Positions 19,227 to 30,422 of a stretch of 64,000 nt of DNA are shown here, one piece after another (the first letter of the stretch is position 1; every line of letters begins with the position of its first letter). A model generated the notes under the pieces. It was not told the DNA's origin, did not search any database, and worked only from the letters and a program-made list of their open reading frames with translations. The stretch is from an uncultured virus (IMG/VR IMGVR_UViG_3300036715_001702) (taxonomy: Duplodnaviria; Heunggongvirae; Uroviricota; Caudoviricetes). Made by a program: the position numbers and the translations under genes. The DNA is taken from IMG/VR virus record IMGVR_UViG_3300036715_001702. One strand, 5' to 3'.

Positions 19227-19991
19227 ATGAGCCATTGCATAAAAGCTAATATCGCAAAGATAGAAGATCTAAAACCTAATTCTCAATATATTGAACTTGC
19301 ACAAGGTTTTTGTATAGTAAGAAATACTGAGGATATCATTTTTGATAAAAATTCTTTATTTGTAAGTACTGATTATTTTGGAGGAATGGGTGAACAGTAT
19401 TCAGAATTACATACAAATGGTTGTTCTGGACTAGAATTTAAATCTATCAATGATGGTTTAGAATTTATAGGAGTTGTTAAAGGAGAATATGATGAATTTG
19501 ATACACTCAAACTTGGTAATTTTAGAGGGTATGATGATATCGAATTAGCTTTCTCAGTCAAATATCCAGATGGCATTCTAAAAATAGAGATGCCTTTTAT
19601 ATTTTCTACATTTGAAATTCAAAACACTATTACATATTATAACAAGATCAAGGAAAGAGTATTGTTTGTATTTAACATGTTAAAAGGATTCAGTTATGAT
19701 ATAGATCATGATAATAATCTTGTAATCTCACCTTACAAATATCCAACAGAAACAATCATGTATTTTGATATTGAAGGATCAACAGTCAAAGTTTATATTG
19801 GTGTAAACATTATCAATAATAAAATGCAAACTGCTCAATTTGACATATCACTTTTAGAAAGTGATGATGCTTTAATTTCAAAAATTGCATTAGATTATGC
19901 AGACCTTGTTGAACAGTATCAAAGAAATAATAAGATTAAGTCAGTCATAGACTTGACAGGATTTACTGAACAATTTAAAAATAAAATATAA
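19227..19991 (+). CDS. Hypothetical protein
   Basis: 254 aa ORF. Confidence 0.7.
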   Translation: MSHCIKANIAKIEDLKPNSQYIELAQGFCIVRNTEDIIFDKNSLFVSTDYFGGMGEQYSELHTNGCSGLEFKSINDGLEFIGVVKGEYDEFDTLKLGNFRGYDDIELAFSVKYPDGILKIEMPFIFSTFEIQNTITYYNKIKERVLFVFNMLKGFSYDIDHDNNLVISPYKYPTETIMYFDIEGSTVKVYIGVNIINNKMQTAQFDISLLESDDALISKIALDYADLVEQYQRNNKIKSVIDLTGFTEQFKNKI

Positions 19992-20266
19992 TGGACCAAG
20001 AAACATCGAATAAGAATCTAGAACTTATCATAAAATATCCAAAATTGGCTGATTATATGAGACCTTTCAAGAAAGGAATTGATCCATTGGCCAATTATCG
20101 CAGATTCATGTTGAAGTTCTCTGAACTTCAGAAGAATGGTATAAAAAGAAATGTTGATGCATTGGAACATCTCAATGAAATGGGTTTGACTATATCAGAA
20201 GCAAGAACACATTTCACAAACCCTGACAATATTCGATATCATGATTTTTTCGATACTGTGTCCTAA
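19991..20266 (+). CDS. Hypothetical protein
   Basis: Translationally coupled 91 aa ORF. Confidence 0.6.
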   Translation: MDQETSNKNLELIIKYPKLADYMRPFKKGIDPLANYRRFMLKFSELQKNGIKRNVDALEHLNEMGLTISEARTHFTNPDNIRYHDFFDTVS

Positions 20267-20458
20267 AAAATAATATATGTTTTAATAAAAATAGTAATAT
20301 TAGTTGTAGCATGTGTATGCATGTTTGAATATAAAGAACTTGAAAATAACAATATAAGACATAACGAAAATAAGTATTTCGTCATAGCTGTCATATTGCT
20401 TATTATATTTTTGATCATATCTTTCATAGAGTCAGAAGAAATCAACTAAAATATAAAA

Positions 20459-20659
20459 ATGTCTAAAAATACTAATATATTGCAGCTCATGCATGATGCT
20501 ACAGGTCCTGTTAACAGTATCAAAGCTTGTATAACTCTTTTGAGAGATGGTAAATTGTCCAAAGAAGATACTGATAAATTATTGAATGCTATGGAAATAA
20601 GAACGAACGATATCAATAGAGTTTTGGACAATTTCTATATAATGAATAAAGATATTTAA
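20459..20659 (+). CDS. Stand-alone HisKA/DHp-like protein
   Basis: LMHDATGPVNSI H-box-like motif plus a second amphipathic helix. Confidence 0.55.
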   Translation: MSKNTNILQLMHDATGPVNSIKACITLLRDGKLSKEDTDKLLNAMEIRTNDINRVLDNFYIMNKDI

Positions 20660-20674
20660 TTTAAAAATAAAGTC

Positions 20675-20998
20675 ATGGAAAAATCAATTAGATATCAATA
20701 TCAACTTGAATACAGTGGACATAGCTGGTTCATTCTTTTTGCAGAAAATGAACAAAATGCATTAGAGCTTGCAAGATTAGAAATTGATAATTTTGATAAA
20801 GTATTCAGTGGCAGAATAGCAACGTATCCTATCGCTGTTTCAGGATATCCAGCATGGAGCCATAAACAATGGATGGATGAATATGATAAACTTGTAAAAA
20901 TAAAAATTGAACATAATTTATCAGTTGTTAAAGATGATAAATATTGGACTAGTCTTAATAAAGAATTAAATAAAACATTCAAATCTAAAACCAAATAA
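20675..20998 (+). CDS. Hypothetical protein
   Basis: 107 aa ORF. Confidence 0.6.
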   Translation: MEKSIRYQYQLEYSGHSWFILFAENEQNALELARLEIDNFDKVFSGRIATYPIAVSGYPAWSHKQWMDEYDKLVKIKIEHNLSVVKDDKYWTSLNKELNKTFKSKTK

Positions 20999-20999
20999 A

Positions 21000-22091
21000 A
21001 TGGATTTTACAAAAAGAGAATATTACGTTAATGATCAAGCTGAACTTGATCAAGCTTTAAAGAATGCCACAGATTTTGGTTACGAATATGAACCAAACTC
21101 TCATAAAATTGATGGAGAATCTAGTGGATTTTTCTTGAAGCTTTCTGAGAAGAAGCTAGGACGATTTGGTAAATGCGGATCTTGTGGAACACTGCAATCA
21201 GTTGTCGGAATATATTCTCATGGTAGAAAATGTGAGAATTGTGGAGAAGTTATTTCCCTTCAATATAAAAAAGATGATGTGTTGAGTTTCTCATTTATTG
21301 ATGAAAGATATTCTATGGATAGAATAAATCTGAAGATCTACAAAATAGACACAGAAACTTGCTCTATTTGGTTCTATATGAATGATCTTGTAGATGGTAA
21401 AGATCTGTTTGGTTCTTATTCAGGATCTTCTCCTGAGGAGACTATAAAGAAATTGGAAGAATTTAAACACTGTTATGGGATCGTTCAAGAACGAGATAGT
21501 GATGAAAAATTCTACATGTTCTACAATACAGTTAGAGGAACAATAAACCCTTTGACTAAGATAAACATATGTGATTCGAAACATTTCGATGGAACTCATT
21601 CTGGTATGAAGAATTGTAAAGTCGTTTACATATATGATGGCAAAGAATACCCAGAACATGGATATAAACCTGAAGATAAGATTCCAGTGATGGAGAATTT
21701 TCATATCTACAAGGACTGGTTAGTAAAGAAGAATATGGCTCATTTTTTACATAAAGTCGGTATCAATATTTATGCGGATTTCTATTCTGGTTGTGGTATG
21801 TCTAATATTGACAACGAAAAATTGTCTAATCTGAGATCAGAAATTGAAAAACATAAAGGTGTTGATGCTGCATACAATTTCAATCTGATGATGGAAGATG
21901 TCGATATGACTACATCATGCATCATCAAAAATTTATTCCATCTTGAAAGAGCTGATTACTGTTGGCCAAAGGCTGACAAATCTGAAATAAAAGACGATGG
22001 TATTTCTTCTAGAGTTTTACAAAACATGCTCAACATGACTAAAATGTTTCCAGATTTCAAAAAAGTTTTTGATAAATTTGAATCAAAATAG
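21000..22091 (+). CDS. Hypothetical zinc-ribbon protein
   Basis: CGSC...CENC. Confidence 0.7.
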   Translation: MDFTKREYYVNDQAELDQALKNATDFGYEYEPNSHKIDGESSGFFLKLSEKKLGRFGKCGSCGTLQSVVGIYSHGRKCENCGEVISLQYKKDDVLSFSFIDERYSMDRINLKIYKIDTETCSIWFYMNDLVDGKDLFGSYSGSSPEETIKKLEEFKHCYGIVQERDSDEKFYMFYNTVRGTINPLTKINICDSKHFDGTHSGMKNCKVVYIYDGKEYPEHGYKPEDKIPVMENFHIYKDWLVKKNMAHFLHKVGINIYADFYSGCGMSNIDNEKLSNLRSEIEKHKGVDAAYNFNLMMEDVDMTTSCIIKNLFHLERADYCWPKADKSEIKDDGISSRVLQNMLNMTKMFPDFKKVFDKFESK

Positions 22092-22329
22092 TCAATTTAA
22101 TTTATGTCTATGATCCTCTTGTTTGTATGCTTTTGCTTTTCTCTGTGAGATGAAATCTATCATAGATCTATCTACACACCAAATAGTGAAAAAATACATA
22201 TGAATAACGAATGAATTCTTTCCTTTCTCAAATTTAAACTTCTTCAAACTGAAAGTATCTATACAGAGTGTCCAAGCCATGGGAAAGAATTATTTTTATG
22301 ATTTATATATTTAAAAATATAACAAAAAT

Positions 22330-24090
22330 ATGAACATTAATAAAAAAGGTGATATTTATTTAAATTCAGGAGATATTAAAAGTGTTTTCAACTTGAGTAA
22401 AGAAGAAATATCTATTTTGGATAGTTCAAAAAACATAAATATACCTTTCAAATATTTTACTGAAGAGATATATGCCAAATTCAATATAAAAAATATATTC
22501 AATTCGTATAATGTTTTTAATGAACATGTATATTCTTTAAGAGATTTGGAAATCAAAAAGAAGAACGATTGGAAAAATCAGCAAGAAATTGATAGATTGG
22601 AACGAGAAAGAATTCGTGCTGAAATGGAAATATATAAAATTGAGCTTTCAAAAACGGTTCGAAATAATTTTGCCAAGGTTTGGTTTAGAAACAATAATAC
22701 AAAATACCATATTCATGTTGGAGCCACCAATTCTGGAAAAACTCACAATGCTATCCAACGGCTGATTAAATCTTCCAACGGTGTTTATTTAGCACCTTTA
22801 CGTTTATTGGCTTTTGAAGTTCAAGAGAAAATTTTATCATATAATATAAATTGCAATCTGATAACAGGCGAGGAAAAAATTGATAATCAAGCTTATATTA
22901 CAGCCTCTACTATAGAAATGATGGATCATACGCAGAGTTATGATTGTATAGTGATAGATGAATCTTTCATGATATCAGATCCTATCAGAGGAAAACAGTG
23001 GTTTAAATCCATCATGGAGAGCAGATCCAATGAGATTCATATAATTTCATCACTTGAATCATTAGAGCTTATAAAAATACTTTTGACTATAACTAACAAA
23101 CAGTTTGAAATTCATAGATATGAACGTAAAGTTTTATTGGAACCATCAGATCAGGTTTATGATCCTAAAAAAATTTTAAATAAGACTGTGTTTGTCACAT
23201 TTTCAAGAATAAATGTTTTAAGAGAGAAACATAGATTGGAAAATGAAGGACATAAGGTTTCAGTTTTATATGGAAATCTTCCTCCAGAAGTCAAGAAGCA
23301 GCAGATGCAAAAATTTATCGATGGTGAGAATAATGTCTGTGTTTCCACCGATGTAATAGGCATGGGATTAAACTTGCCTTGTGATCATATATGTTTCCTA
23401 TCACTTGAGAAATATGATGGAGACACTATGAGATTTATAAACAATACTGAAGTGAAACAAATCGCAGGCAGAGCCGGAAGATATGGTCTATCTGAAAAAG
23501 GAATGGTTTGGTGTATAAATAAAGGACACTCAACATATGTCAATCAAATTTTGAGATCCAACAAGATAAGAAACATCTCTTATGGTTACTGTCCGATAGA
23601 TTATGAAACTCTGATCAGGTTGCCACCAGAAACTCTATTGAAAAAACTTCAATTCTATGATCAACTGACATTGATTCCAGAAGAATTGAAAAACGTTATT
23701 CGAGTAGAAAATATTAATAAATATATCGAACTTTGTAGAAGTTCTGATTTGATTGATAAGTTGCCATTGGACTATGCATGGAAGTTGATCAATATGCCAA
23801 CTAAAAGGAACAACATGGAGATCTGGCATAAAATGATCAAATGTGTATATCAGAAAAAAGCACTAAGGATAACAATATCTGATAAAGCTCCTCATGTATA
23901 TGATATTTATTCTTTGAAAGATGTTGAAGATATGGTTTCAATAATAGAACTTGTGTTATATTTTTCAAATATTTCCATATTTAAAGATTTATGTTCAGAA
24001 ATAGAATTTGGTAAATTACACAATATCCGTTACAAATATATCGATGCTATCACAAATTATTTATTAAAGAAAAGAAAAGCTATCAAATAA
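22330..24090 (+). CDS. Suv3-like SF2 RNA helicase
   Basis: GATNSGKT, APLRLLA, TDVIGMGLNL, QIAGRAGRYG. Confidence 0.9.
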   Translation: MNINKKGDIYLNSGDIKSVFNLSKEEISILDSSKNINIPFKYFTEEIYAKFNIKNIFNSYNVFNEHVYSLRDLEIKKKNDWKNQQEIDRLERERIRAEMEIYKIELSKTVRNNFAKVWFRNNNTKYHIHVGATNSGKTHNAIQRLIKSSNGVYLAPLRLLAFEVQEKILSYNINCNLITGEEKIDNQAYITASTIEMMDHTQSYDCIVIDESFMISDPIRGKQWFKSIMESRSNEIHIISSLESLELIKILLTITNKQFEIHRYERKVLLEPSDQVYDPKKILNKTVFVTFSRINVLREKHRLENEGHKVSVLYGNLPPEVKKQQMQKFIDGENNVCVSTDVIGMGLNLPCDHICFLSLEKYDGDTMRFINNTEVKQIAGRAGRYGLSEKGMVWCINKGHSTYVNQILRSNKIRNISYGYCPIDYETLIRLPPETLLKKLQFYDQLTLIPEELKNVIRVENINKYIELCRSSDLIDKLPLDYAWKLINMPTKRNNMEIWHKMIKCVYQKKALRITISDKAPHVYDIYSLKDVEDMVSIIELVLYFSNISIFKDLCSEIEFGKLHNIRYKYIDAITNYLLKKRKAIK

Positions 24091-24117
24091 ATTTGTATTT
24101 TTGTAAAAAAAAATAAT

Positions 24118-24468
24118 ATGAAAAATTTAAAAGTGATAAAAGTGAATTCTACTGGAATTGAATTCGAAAACGGCATTAGATTATATTCTGAACATGAATC
24201 TGATTGCTGCGAATCACATGATTTATATTTTGATGATTTAACAATTGAAGATTTCAAAGATCTTGAATTTGATCTATCAGGAGATGATTTCTTTAACAGG
24301 ATTCCAGATTATGGCATAGAACTAATTCCAATTAAAGGATATTCTGTGAAAATAGCAGGACATGGTTACAATAATGGGTGTTATTCAGATCAACTGGATT
24401 TGATTTTAAATGGTAAAGATTTTTATAAAAAATATGATATCAGAGAGTGCCAAGATATAAAAGATTAA
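24118..24468 (+). CDS. Hypothetical acidic phage protein
   Basis: HESDCCES...NNGCYS motifs. Confidence 0.7.
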   Translation: MKNLKVIKVNSTGIEFENGIRLYSEHESDCCESHDLYFDDLTIEDFKDLEFDLSGDDFFNRIPDYGIELIPIKGYSVKIAGHGYNNGCYSDQLDLILNGKDFYKKYDIRECQDIKD

Positions 24469-24484
24469 TTTTTTAATAAAAAAC

Positions 24485-24730
24485 ATGAAAATATTATTAA
24501 CAATACTAATTATAGCCATGATGATTTCATGCGGTCCAAGAACTGGAACTCATCCTGAAAATGATCCAGAACAAACAGAACATACACCTGTAATCGAAAC
24601 TTGCGTAGTTCAAAATATTTCTTTATCTAATGGGAATTATCAAATTTTCATTGTTCATGTTAAGAATAAAAGAAAGTCTTATGATATATCTATGATATGT
24701 ACGAAGATACTATCACATATAAAGGAATAA
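24485..24730 (+). CDS. Putative lipoprotein
   Basis: Hydrophobic leader ending MISC. Confidence 0.5.
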   Translation: MKILLTILIIAMMISCGPRTGTHPENDPEQTEHTPVIETCVVQNISLSNGNYQIFIVHVKNKRKSYDISMICTKILSHIKE

Positions 24731-25166
24731 TGATAAAAATAGATTCATGTCTAGGTTTTAGTTCTTACGAAATTTCAAAGGGCTAAGAAATTATTTTCAG
24801 CCACTTATAAAATAAAAAAAATGGAATACATGAAAAAAAGCCGTATATGGCATCATAGAGAATGGAATTTATGGAACTAGAATTGTTTCAGGCATAGTGA
24901 CAGGAATCAGATATACTGAAGATAAACCATTATATGAAATTTCATTCTGAAAAGATACATGGCGGACAAATGAAATATCAGAAAATACAGAAGATTTTTT
25001 CAAACTGTTTAAATTAGTCTCTTTGTATAGAGTAAAAGAAACATATGGGCTTAAAATTAGATTTTAAAGCTAGACCTGGTAAGCATCTATTTGATTGTTA
25101 ATAACTTTGTTAATTAAACATAGTTAGAAATTTTTTACTCTGAATATTTATTCGTAAATTTACAGT

Positions 25167-26126
25167 ATGGAAAATTTCTTTAAAAATATCAAAAAGACTT
25201 CTTATCAGGATAAAGCTTTGAATTCCTTTCTAGCTTTGGAACCTATGAACAAATCCAAGTTTTCTGAAACTATGGGTTACATCAACCATATGTTGAGCAA
25301 TAACGAACCAGCTGCTATAAGATTATCAGATTTGATCAAGCAATCTGGAGAAACTCATTATAATTATACCAAAAATAGCACATATAACAAAACATCGAAT
25401 CTAACATTTCTTGAAGAAATTGATTATGGAAGATCTGAATCAATTTTAAAGAAATTTAAAAAAGAAAGTCTTACTCCTGTAGAACAAGAGTTATATGATC
25501 TTAGAAAAGATTGGCACCAGATCAAAAATGAAATTAAAATACATTCTGATAAACTTAAATCCAACATCGTTGTAAAGGAAGCTAAAAATTCAGTTCCTGT
25601 TATCAAAAAGATCTACCCAGAAGGAATTGCTGAAGATAGCATCACTGAGATCTTGTTAGAGCAGACTTCCATATTGAAAGAAGAATATATTGCACGAACC
25701 AAGGAATATGCTGATGTAACATTCAGAAAATGTAAGGCTATTTCAGAAATGAGCAGAGAAGAATTGATCAAAAAGTATCCGAGAACTATCATCAATTTCA
25801 AAAAAGAGCAAGAAACTGTTTTATCAAAAATAGGCTTAGATGTTTTAAATTCATCTTTAGCTATTGTAAAAGAAGGAATAGAAAAATATAAAGCAAACAA
25901 GGTTTATCATGCTGAAGTTCACTACTACGGTAGCATCAGAAGATTGGTTGAGAGACTTAGTTCTAAAGGAATAATTCAAGCTTCTGATTTCAAAATTGAA
26001 ACTGCCAGAGTATGCATCAATATCGAAACATTGATCAGACATAACGATGGCAAAACTACAAGAGCCTGGACTATAGTCGCTTCAGGAGAAATCATTGCAC
26101 CACATTTCAGATATTTAGTAAAATAG
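25167..26126 (+). CDS. Hypothetical protein
   Basis: 319 aa ORF. Confidence 0.75.
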   Translation: MENFFKNIKKTSYQDKALNSFLALEPMNKSKFSETMGYINHMLSNNEPAAIRLSDLIKQSGETHYNYTKNSTYNKTSNLTFLEEIDYGRSESILKKFKKESLTPVEQELYDLRKDWHQIKNEIKIHSDKLKSNIVVKEAKNSVPVIKKIYPEGIAEDSITEILLEQTSILKEEYIARTKEYADVTFRKCKAISEMSREELIKKYPRTIINFKKEQETVLSKIGLDVLNSSLAIVKEGIEKYKANKVYHAEVHYYGSIRRLVERLSSKGIIQASDFKIETARVCINIETLIRHNDGKTTRAWTIVASGEIIAPHFRYLVK

Positions 26127-26131
26127 AAAAT

Positions 26132-26554
26132 ATGAAAGTAGAAAAACAACTCATAGAGAGAAATTTAAAATTTGACAAAAGATACCAGTATATCGGCATC
26201 ACTAGAGGCTCTGTAGAAAGCTGTCAATTGACAAATTGTGACAACTGTGGAAAATTGATCACAAACATGATCAAAGTCATTCAGACCGATAATAAAAAAA
26301 TGCATGTCATAGGAACAGATTGCATGGAAACTTTAGTCAAAGCCAAATGTGTACACAATGGGCTGAACGAAGATTATGGAATGGATATTTATAGTTTCAA
26401 CAAAGCTTCAAAGGTTGCTACAGAATTAAACAAAGGTAAAACATATATCGAAGATTTCATCTGGATCAGAGTAGAAACAGACAAAGGCAAAATGATAGAA
26501 GCTTCTAAATCAGATATGGCCAAGTTCTATCCAGAACTGTTGAACAAAGCTTAA
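26132..26554 (+). CDS. Hypothetical Cys-motif protein
   Basis: CDNCGK...IGTDC. Confidence 0.7.
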   Translation: MKVEKQLIERNLKFDKRYQYIGITRGSVESCQLTNCDNCGKLITNMIKVIQTDNKKMHVIGTDCMETLVKAKCVHNGLNEDYGMDIYSFNKASKVATELNKGKTYIEDFIWIRVETDKGKMIEASKSDMAKFYPELLNKA

Positions 26555-26657
26555 AAAATTATTTATATTATATAAAAAGTTCATAACCAATTAGTTATGA
26601 ACTTTTTCATTTGGGAGCATTTTCAAGATATATATCTTAAGAACTAATGCACTAGAC

Positions 26658-27350
26658 ATGAATAAAGAATTTCAAAACTTTGCAACCAAACACATGGGAT
26701 TCACTTCTAGCAGCCTTGATAAGTATGCTAGACAAGTTCAGAAGCCTGTGAGTTCTATGACTAACGTCATAGCAGAAGGAAATCAATTGAATGTTTCTGT
26801 GATGGATGTGTTCTCAAGACTGATGTGTGACAGAATTGTTTTCTTAGGCACTGAGATCACTTCTGATGTAGCCAATGTAATCAACGCTCAGTTGCTTTAT
26901 CTTGATCACGTCGAGCCTGGTAAAGAAATAACGATATACATTAACTCCCCTGGAGGTTCTGTGTACGATGGTCTAGGAATATATGATACGATGCAGTTAC
27001 TGGATTCGAAGATCAAAACCGTCAATACAGGTTTGGCAGCTTCTATGGCTTCTGTGATACTTGCCGGTGGATCCAAAGGAAAAAGATACAGTTTGAAACA
27101 TGCAAGGGTTATGTCTCACCAGCCATTAGGATCTTTAGAGTATTCTCAAGCTACAGATATAGAGATTACTTCCAGAGAAATGCAGAGATTGAAGAAAGAG
27201 ATGTATGAAATATTAGCTGCTCATTCAGGAGCAAAATTAGCTGACATTACAAGAGATTTTGAAAGAGATTATTGGATGACTGCAATAGAAGCAAAAAACT
27301 ACGGCTTCATAGATCACATAATTACAAAAAGAAACAAAAATGCTAAATAA
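26658..27350 (+). CDS. clpP: Clp protease proteolytic subunit
   Basis: YINSPGGSV, GLAASMAS, HQPLG, ERDYWMTA. Confidence 0.97.
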   Translation: MNKEFQNFATKHMGFTSSSLDKYARQVQKPVSSMTNVIAEGNQLNVSVMDVFSRLMCDRIVFLGTEITSDVANVINAQLLYLDHVEPGKEITIYINSPGGSVYDGLGIYDTMQLLDSKIKTVNTGLAASMASVILAGGSKGKRYSLKHARVMSHQPLGSLEYSQATDIEITSREMQRLKKEMYEILAAHSGAKLADITRDFERDYWMTAIEAKNYGFIDHIITKRNKNAK

Positions 27351-27351
27351 A

Positions 27352-27627
27352 TTAGTTAGCAGATTTAAAATTCTCAGCATACCAACTTTTCAAAATATCT
27401 TCATCATTGCTTGAAATTTCATCAGTCTCATCAGTTATTCCGTAGATCACTTTGTTCAAGAAATCTTCTTCTGATGCAGAGGTTTTTAAAATTCCTATCA
27501 GATATTCTTCATCAAGATCTACTTCTTCAGGTTTGCCTTCATATTCTCCCATTATTTTTAAGCCTTCTTTGATAGAAAATTTAAGCTTTTCTTTATTATT
27601 TTTCCAATCTGATAATTTAGTAAACAT
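27352..27627 (-). CDS. Hypothetical acidic protein
   Basis: Likely start MFTKLSDWK. Confidence 0.55.
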   Translation of the reverse strand: MFTKLSDWKNNKEKLKFSIKEGLKIMGEYEGKPEEVDLDEEYLIGILKTSASEEDFLNKVIYGITDETDEISSNDEDILKSWYAENFKSAN

Positions 27628-27640
27628 ATTTACATTTTTT

Positions 27641-28315
27641 TTAATTTTTAAATTCACCTTTAAGTTCTACATAATTAGGAACTTTTAATATATTTTTATT
27701 AGTACGAGCATTATTAGAAATGGAAATAATATGCGATCCTATAGGTTTACGGCATATGAGATTTTTTCCTATTTTATATGGACAATTTTCCAATGAGGTC
27801 AAATTATTATTTGAACAATTAAAACTTCCAGTTATTTCAACATCTTTTAACCATTCAGGAATTTTGTTCCATTTTCCTGCAGCCAAATATACTGTACCAT
27901 TAACTTTCTTAAGCTTGACTAATTTAGGATTTATATCAACAAATGAATCGTCAAATTCTAAATCTCCATCAATCACTTCCTGAGAAATTTTTTGATTAGC
28001 CATCTGTTTTTGTTTCTCTTTAATCCCTTCAATATTACGATTGCCTATTAGATTATTTGTTATTTCGACATCTTTTAACCATTCAGGTATTTCAGTCCAT
28101 TGATCTCCAGTTAATCTAATATTCCCATTCACTTTCTTGAGCTTTACAAACTTAGCATCGATGCCCATGAAGGATTTATCAAGTATAAGATCTCCATCTA
28201 TCACTTCCTGAGAAAGTAATTTTATGTTCATTTGCTTCAGTTTTTCCTTGCGACCTTCTAGGTTACGTGGAACCAGCAGGTTTTCATTTACGAATTGTTT
28301 AAAATTTGTTATCAT
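27641..28315 (-). CDS. LRR-like family paralog 3 with duplicated cap domain
   Basis: MITNFKQFVNENLLVPRN; cap region present twice; one repeat. Confidence 0.9.
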   Translation of the reverse strand: MITNFKQFVNENLLVPRNLEGRKEKLKQMNIKLLSQEVIDGDLILDKSFMGIDAKFVKLKKVNGNIRLTGDQWTEIPEWLKDVEITNNLIGNRNIEGIKEKQKQMANQKISQEVIDGDLEFDDSFVDINPKLVKLKKVNGTVYLAAGKWNKIPEWLKDVEITGSFNCSNNNLTSLENCPYKIGKNLICRKPIGSHIISISNNARTNKNILKVPNYVELKGEFKN

Positions 28316-28397
28316 ATACTATATATTAAATTAAATTGAACTTTTTATATAATTCTAAGTAATATATAGAACTAACAACAACGATCTTTGACTTATT

Positions 28398-28793
28398 GGG
28401 GGTATACGTATCGACAGCGAAACCTGGATTATTAGGTCGCATGCATAGCTAGTTGGAAGCTATTAAAAATCCTAACAAAACAATAATTGGCAATATTACC
28501 AACGAAATCGGCAGCAAGGCTGATATTCTTCATGTTCTTAAAAACAACATGTTGACTGCTAAAACTCAAGAAGCAGAACTTGAGTTAGCAGCATAGGATC
28601 TGAACAATAGTAGGATTCTCCTGTAAATAATGCAAATGTCTTATCTTTTGGTCCATCAAATGGCGAAAGGAAAATAGATGACAACTGGCTATGAAAGTTG
28701 TAGGATTTGCCAAGTTATAAAACTTGGATAAAGCATGTAAATATCAATAAAACTTTTTGTCTGAACGCGGCTTCAAGGCCGCTACCTCCACCA
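28398..28793 (+). ncRNA. ssrA: tmRNA with ~35-aa tag
   Basis: GGGGGTA/TACCTCC-A-CCA with G3.U70; TCGAC in D region; T-arm; tag ORF 28489-28596 ends ELAA*. Confidence 0.92.
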
Positions 28794-28812
28794 CATTTTA
28801 ACCAAACAACCT

Positions 28813-29016
28813 ATGTCTTTAAACCTAAAAGTAGTATCAAAGAAAGAAACCATCAAGTGGGTTTCTAATAAAAATGTCTTAGAAGCTTATTTCTATGGCA
28901 AACTTAAATTAACAATCACTGAAGATTTCAGAATTGTGTTCAGAAATAGCATTGCTACCAAACCATATCGTGATCAACAATCTGCTAAAGTTGCAGCTGA
29001 GAAATTGATCAGTTAG
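28813..29016 (+). CDS. Hypothetical protein
   Basis: 67 aa ORF. Confidence 0.55.
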   Translation: MSLNLKVVSKKETIKWVSNKNVLEAYFYGKLKLTITEDFRIVFRNSIATKPYRDQQSAKVAAEKLIS

Positions 29017-29076
29017 AGAATATTTTAAAACTTTTCTATTTTTCGAAATATAGCATTTTAATAAATATTCAAAGCA

Positions 29077-29592
29077 ATGTCTAAATCAGTCATCATCAGA
29101 AAATGGAGCGATCGCTATAATAAGATAGTGGATCACTATTACTATCCAGAACTAGATAAAACAGTCTGTGCAGAAAGAATACGAGAAAATCGTAAAAAGA
29201 GATATCAGAATGTTATCTTAAGAAATGCAGATAAGAAATATACATCTAAATGGGCAAAGAGAAATCCAAAAAAGATCAAATCTTATACAGAAGAATCTAA
29301 ATTTAAAAAATTGAAAATTTCTTCTAATATAGAAAGAGCTAAAGAAGATTTCATCATTTCTAATATCCAAAGATTTGAAACAATCATCAGTTCTTATAAG
29401 ATGGAATGGGATATACCTTTTTTGAAAAAATCTATTAAGGATATAAATAATTCAAGTATTGAAAAGATTTTCAGAGATGTAGTTTCTTCATGCAGAAGAT
29501 CAGCTAAGGCATCACTTCTTAATAAATATGGAAGAACTAAAACAGAACAACTGCTCAAACAGGCAGATTTAAAAATCATAAAAAGTAAATAA
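29077..29592 (+). CDS. Hypothetical basic protein
   Basis: 171 aa ORF. Confidence 0.65.
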   Translation: MSKSVIIRKWSDRYNKIVDHYYYPELDKTVCAERIRENRKKRYQNVILRNADKKYTSKWAKRNPKKIKSYTEESKFKKLKISSNIERAKEDFIISNIQRFETIISSYKMEWDIPFLKKSIKDINNSSIEKIFRDVVSSCRRSAKASLLNKYGRTKTEQLLKQADLKIIKSK

Positions 29593-29596
29593 ATAT

Positions 29597-29971
29597 ATGT
29601 TTGAAGACGATTACGAAAATGACAATATAGGCTCTAATCAATCTGCTGATAGATTTGATAACCTGTTGGATGCAAGTTTTAATACAGCATCAGTGAAAGC
29701 TATGTTGAGCGAACAAATAGCAGAGATTGCTGAAGCTAATGATTGGAATGGAGAAGATTATTCCAAATTCAAAAACGAACAAGCTTGGTATGACGAAGAA
29801 GGAGATAATCTTGGATATCCAGCAGAACAGAACGTTTTAGAACGAATGATATCTGATATTCTTTCAGAAATGAATGTCAATATCAATCGTTTAGAAGGAG
29901 ATTTGTATGAATTATACGAAGGTATAATCAAAGATCAGTATCCTTTCTTGGATGTTGATCCAGTCGAATAG
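29597..29971 (+). CDS. Hypothetical acidic protein
   Basis: 124 aa ORF followed by aaaagccaatc/gattggctttt terminator. Confidence 0.65.
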   Translation: MFEDDYENDNIGSNQSADRFDNLLDASFNTASVKAMLSEQIAEIAEANDWNGEDYSKFKNEQAWYDEEGDNLGYPAEQNVLERMISDILSEMNVNINRLEGDLYELYEGIIKDQYPFLDVDPVE

Positions 29972-30005
29972 AAAAAAGCCAATCGACCAGATTGGCTTTT
30001 TTATT

Positions 30006-30422
30006 TTAGATTGATAAATATATCATTAATGATATTCCTATGCCAAACATAATAGTTCGGCTTACAGGAGTAAAGAACTTAGTTGTTAAGGCAGTAGATG
30101 TCGAAGACTGATCAAACCATTTCTTTTTGTAAATGTTGTTATTTAGCATATTTCTTATTGTGTAATACATACCATTGTGTATGAAAGAAAATATCAAACA
30201 ACAAGAAACAAAGAAAAGTAATAAATCCAAATTATTAACCGAGAAATATTCAAATTTTACAAATGTTAAAGATGTTAACATCAGAAACCTCTGTATCGTG
30301 AATATTATGTGTATATTAAATTTTCTATTATCTACTACAAATGACTTATAATGCCAGTAGTAGCCTTCTCTGTAAGCTTCACATAAAATGTAGCATATCC
30401 AAATTAAAAATAATAATATCAT
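30006..30422 (-). CDS. Membrane protein
   Basis: Several hydrophobic segments. Confidence 0.65.
   Translation of the reverse strand: MILLFLIWICYILCEAYREGYYWHYKSFVVDNRKFNIHIIFTIQRFLMLTSLTFVKFEYFSVNNLDLLLFFVSCCLIFSFIHNGMYYTIRNMLNNNIYKKKWFDQSSTSTALTTKFFTPVSRTIMFGIGISLMIYLSI

Noticed and set aside
4612..24950. In-frame TGA codons (4612; ~24947) suggesting stop-codon reassignment
   Set aside because: Long conserved genes are intact in the standard code, TGA and TAG end genes normally, and no suppressor tRNA is present; these look like decaying accessory genes.
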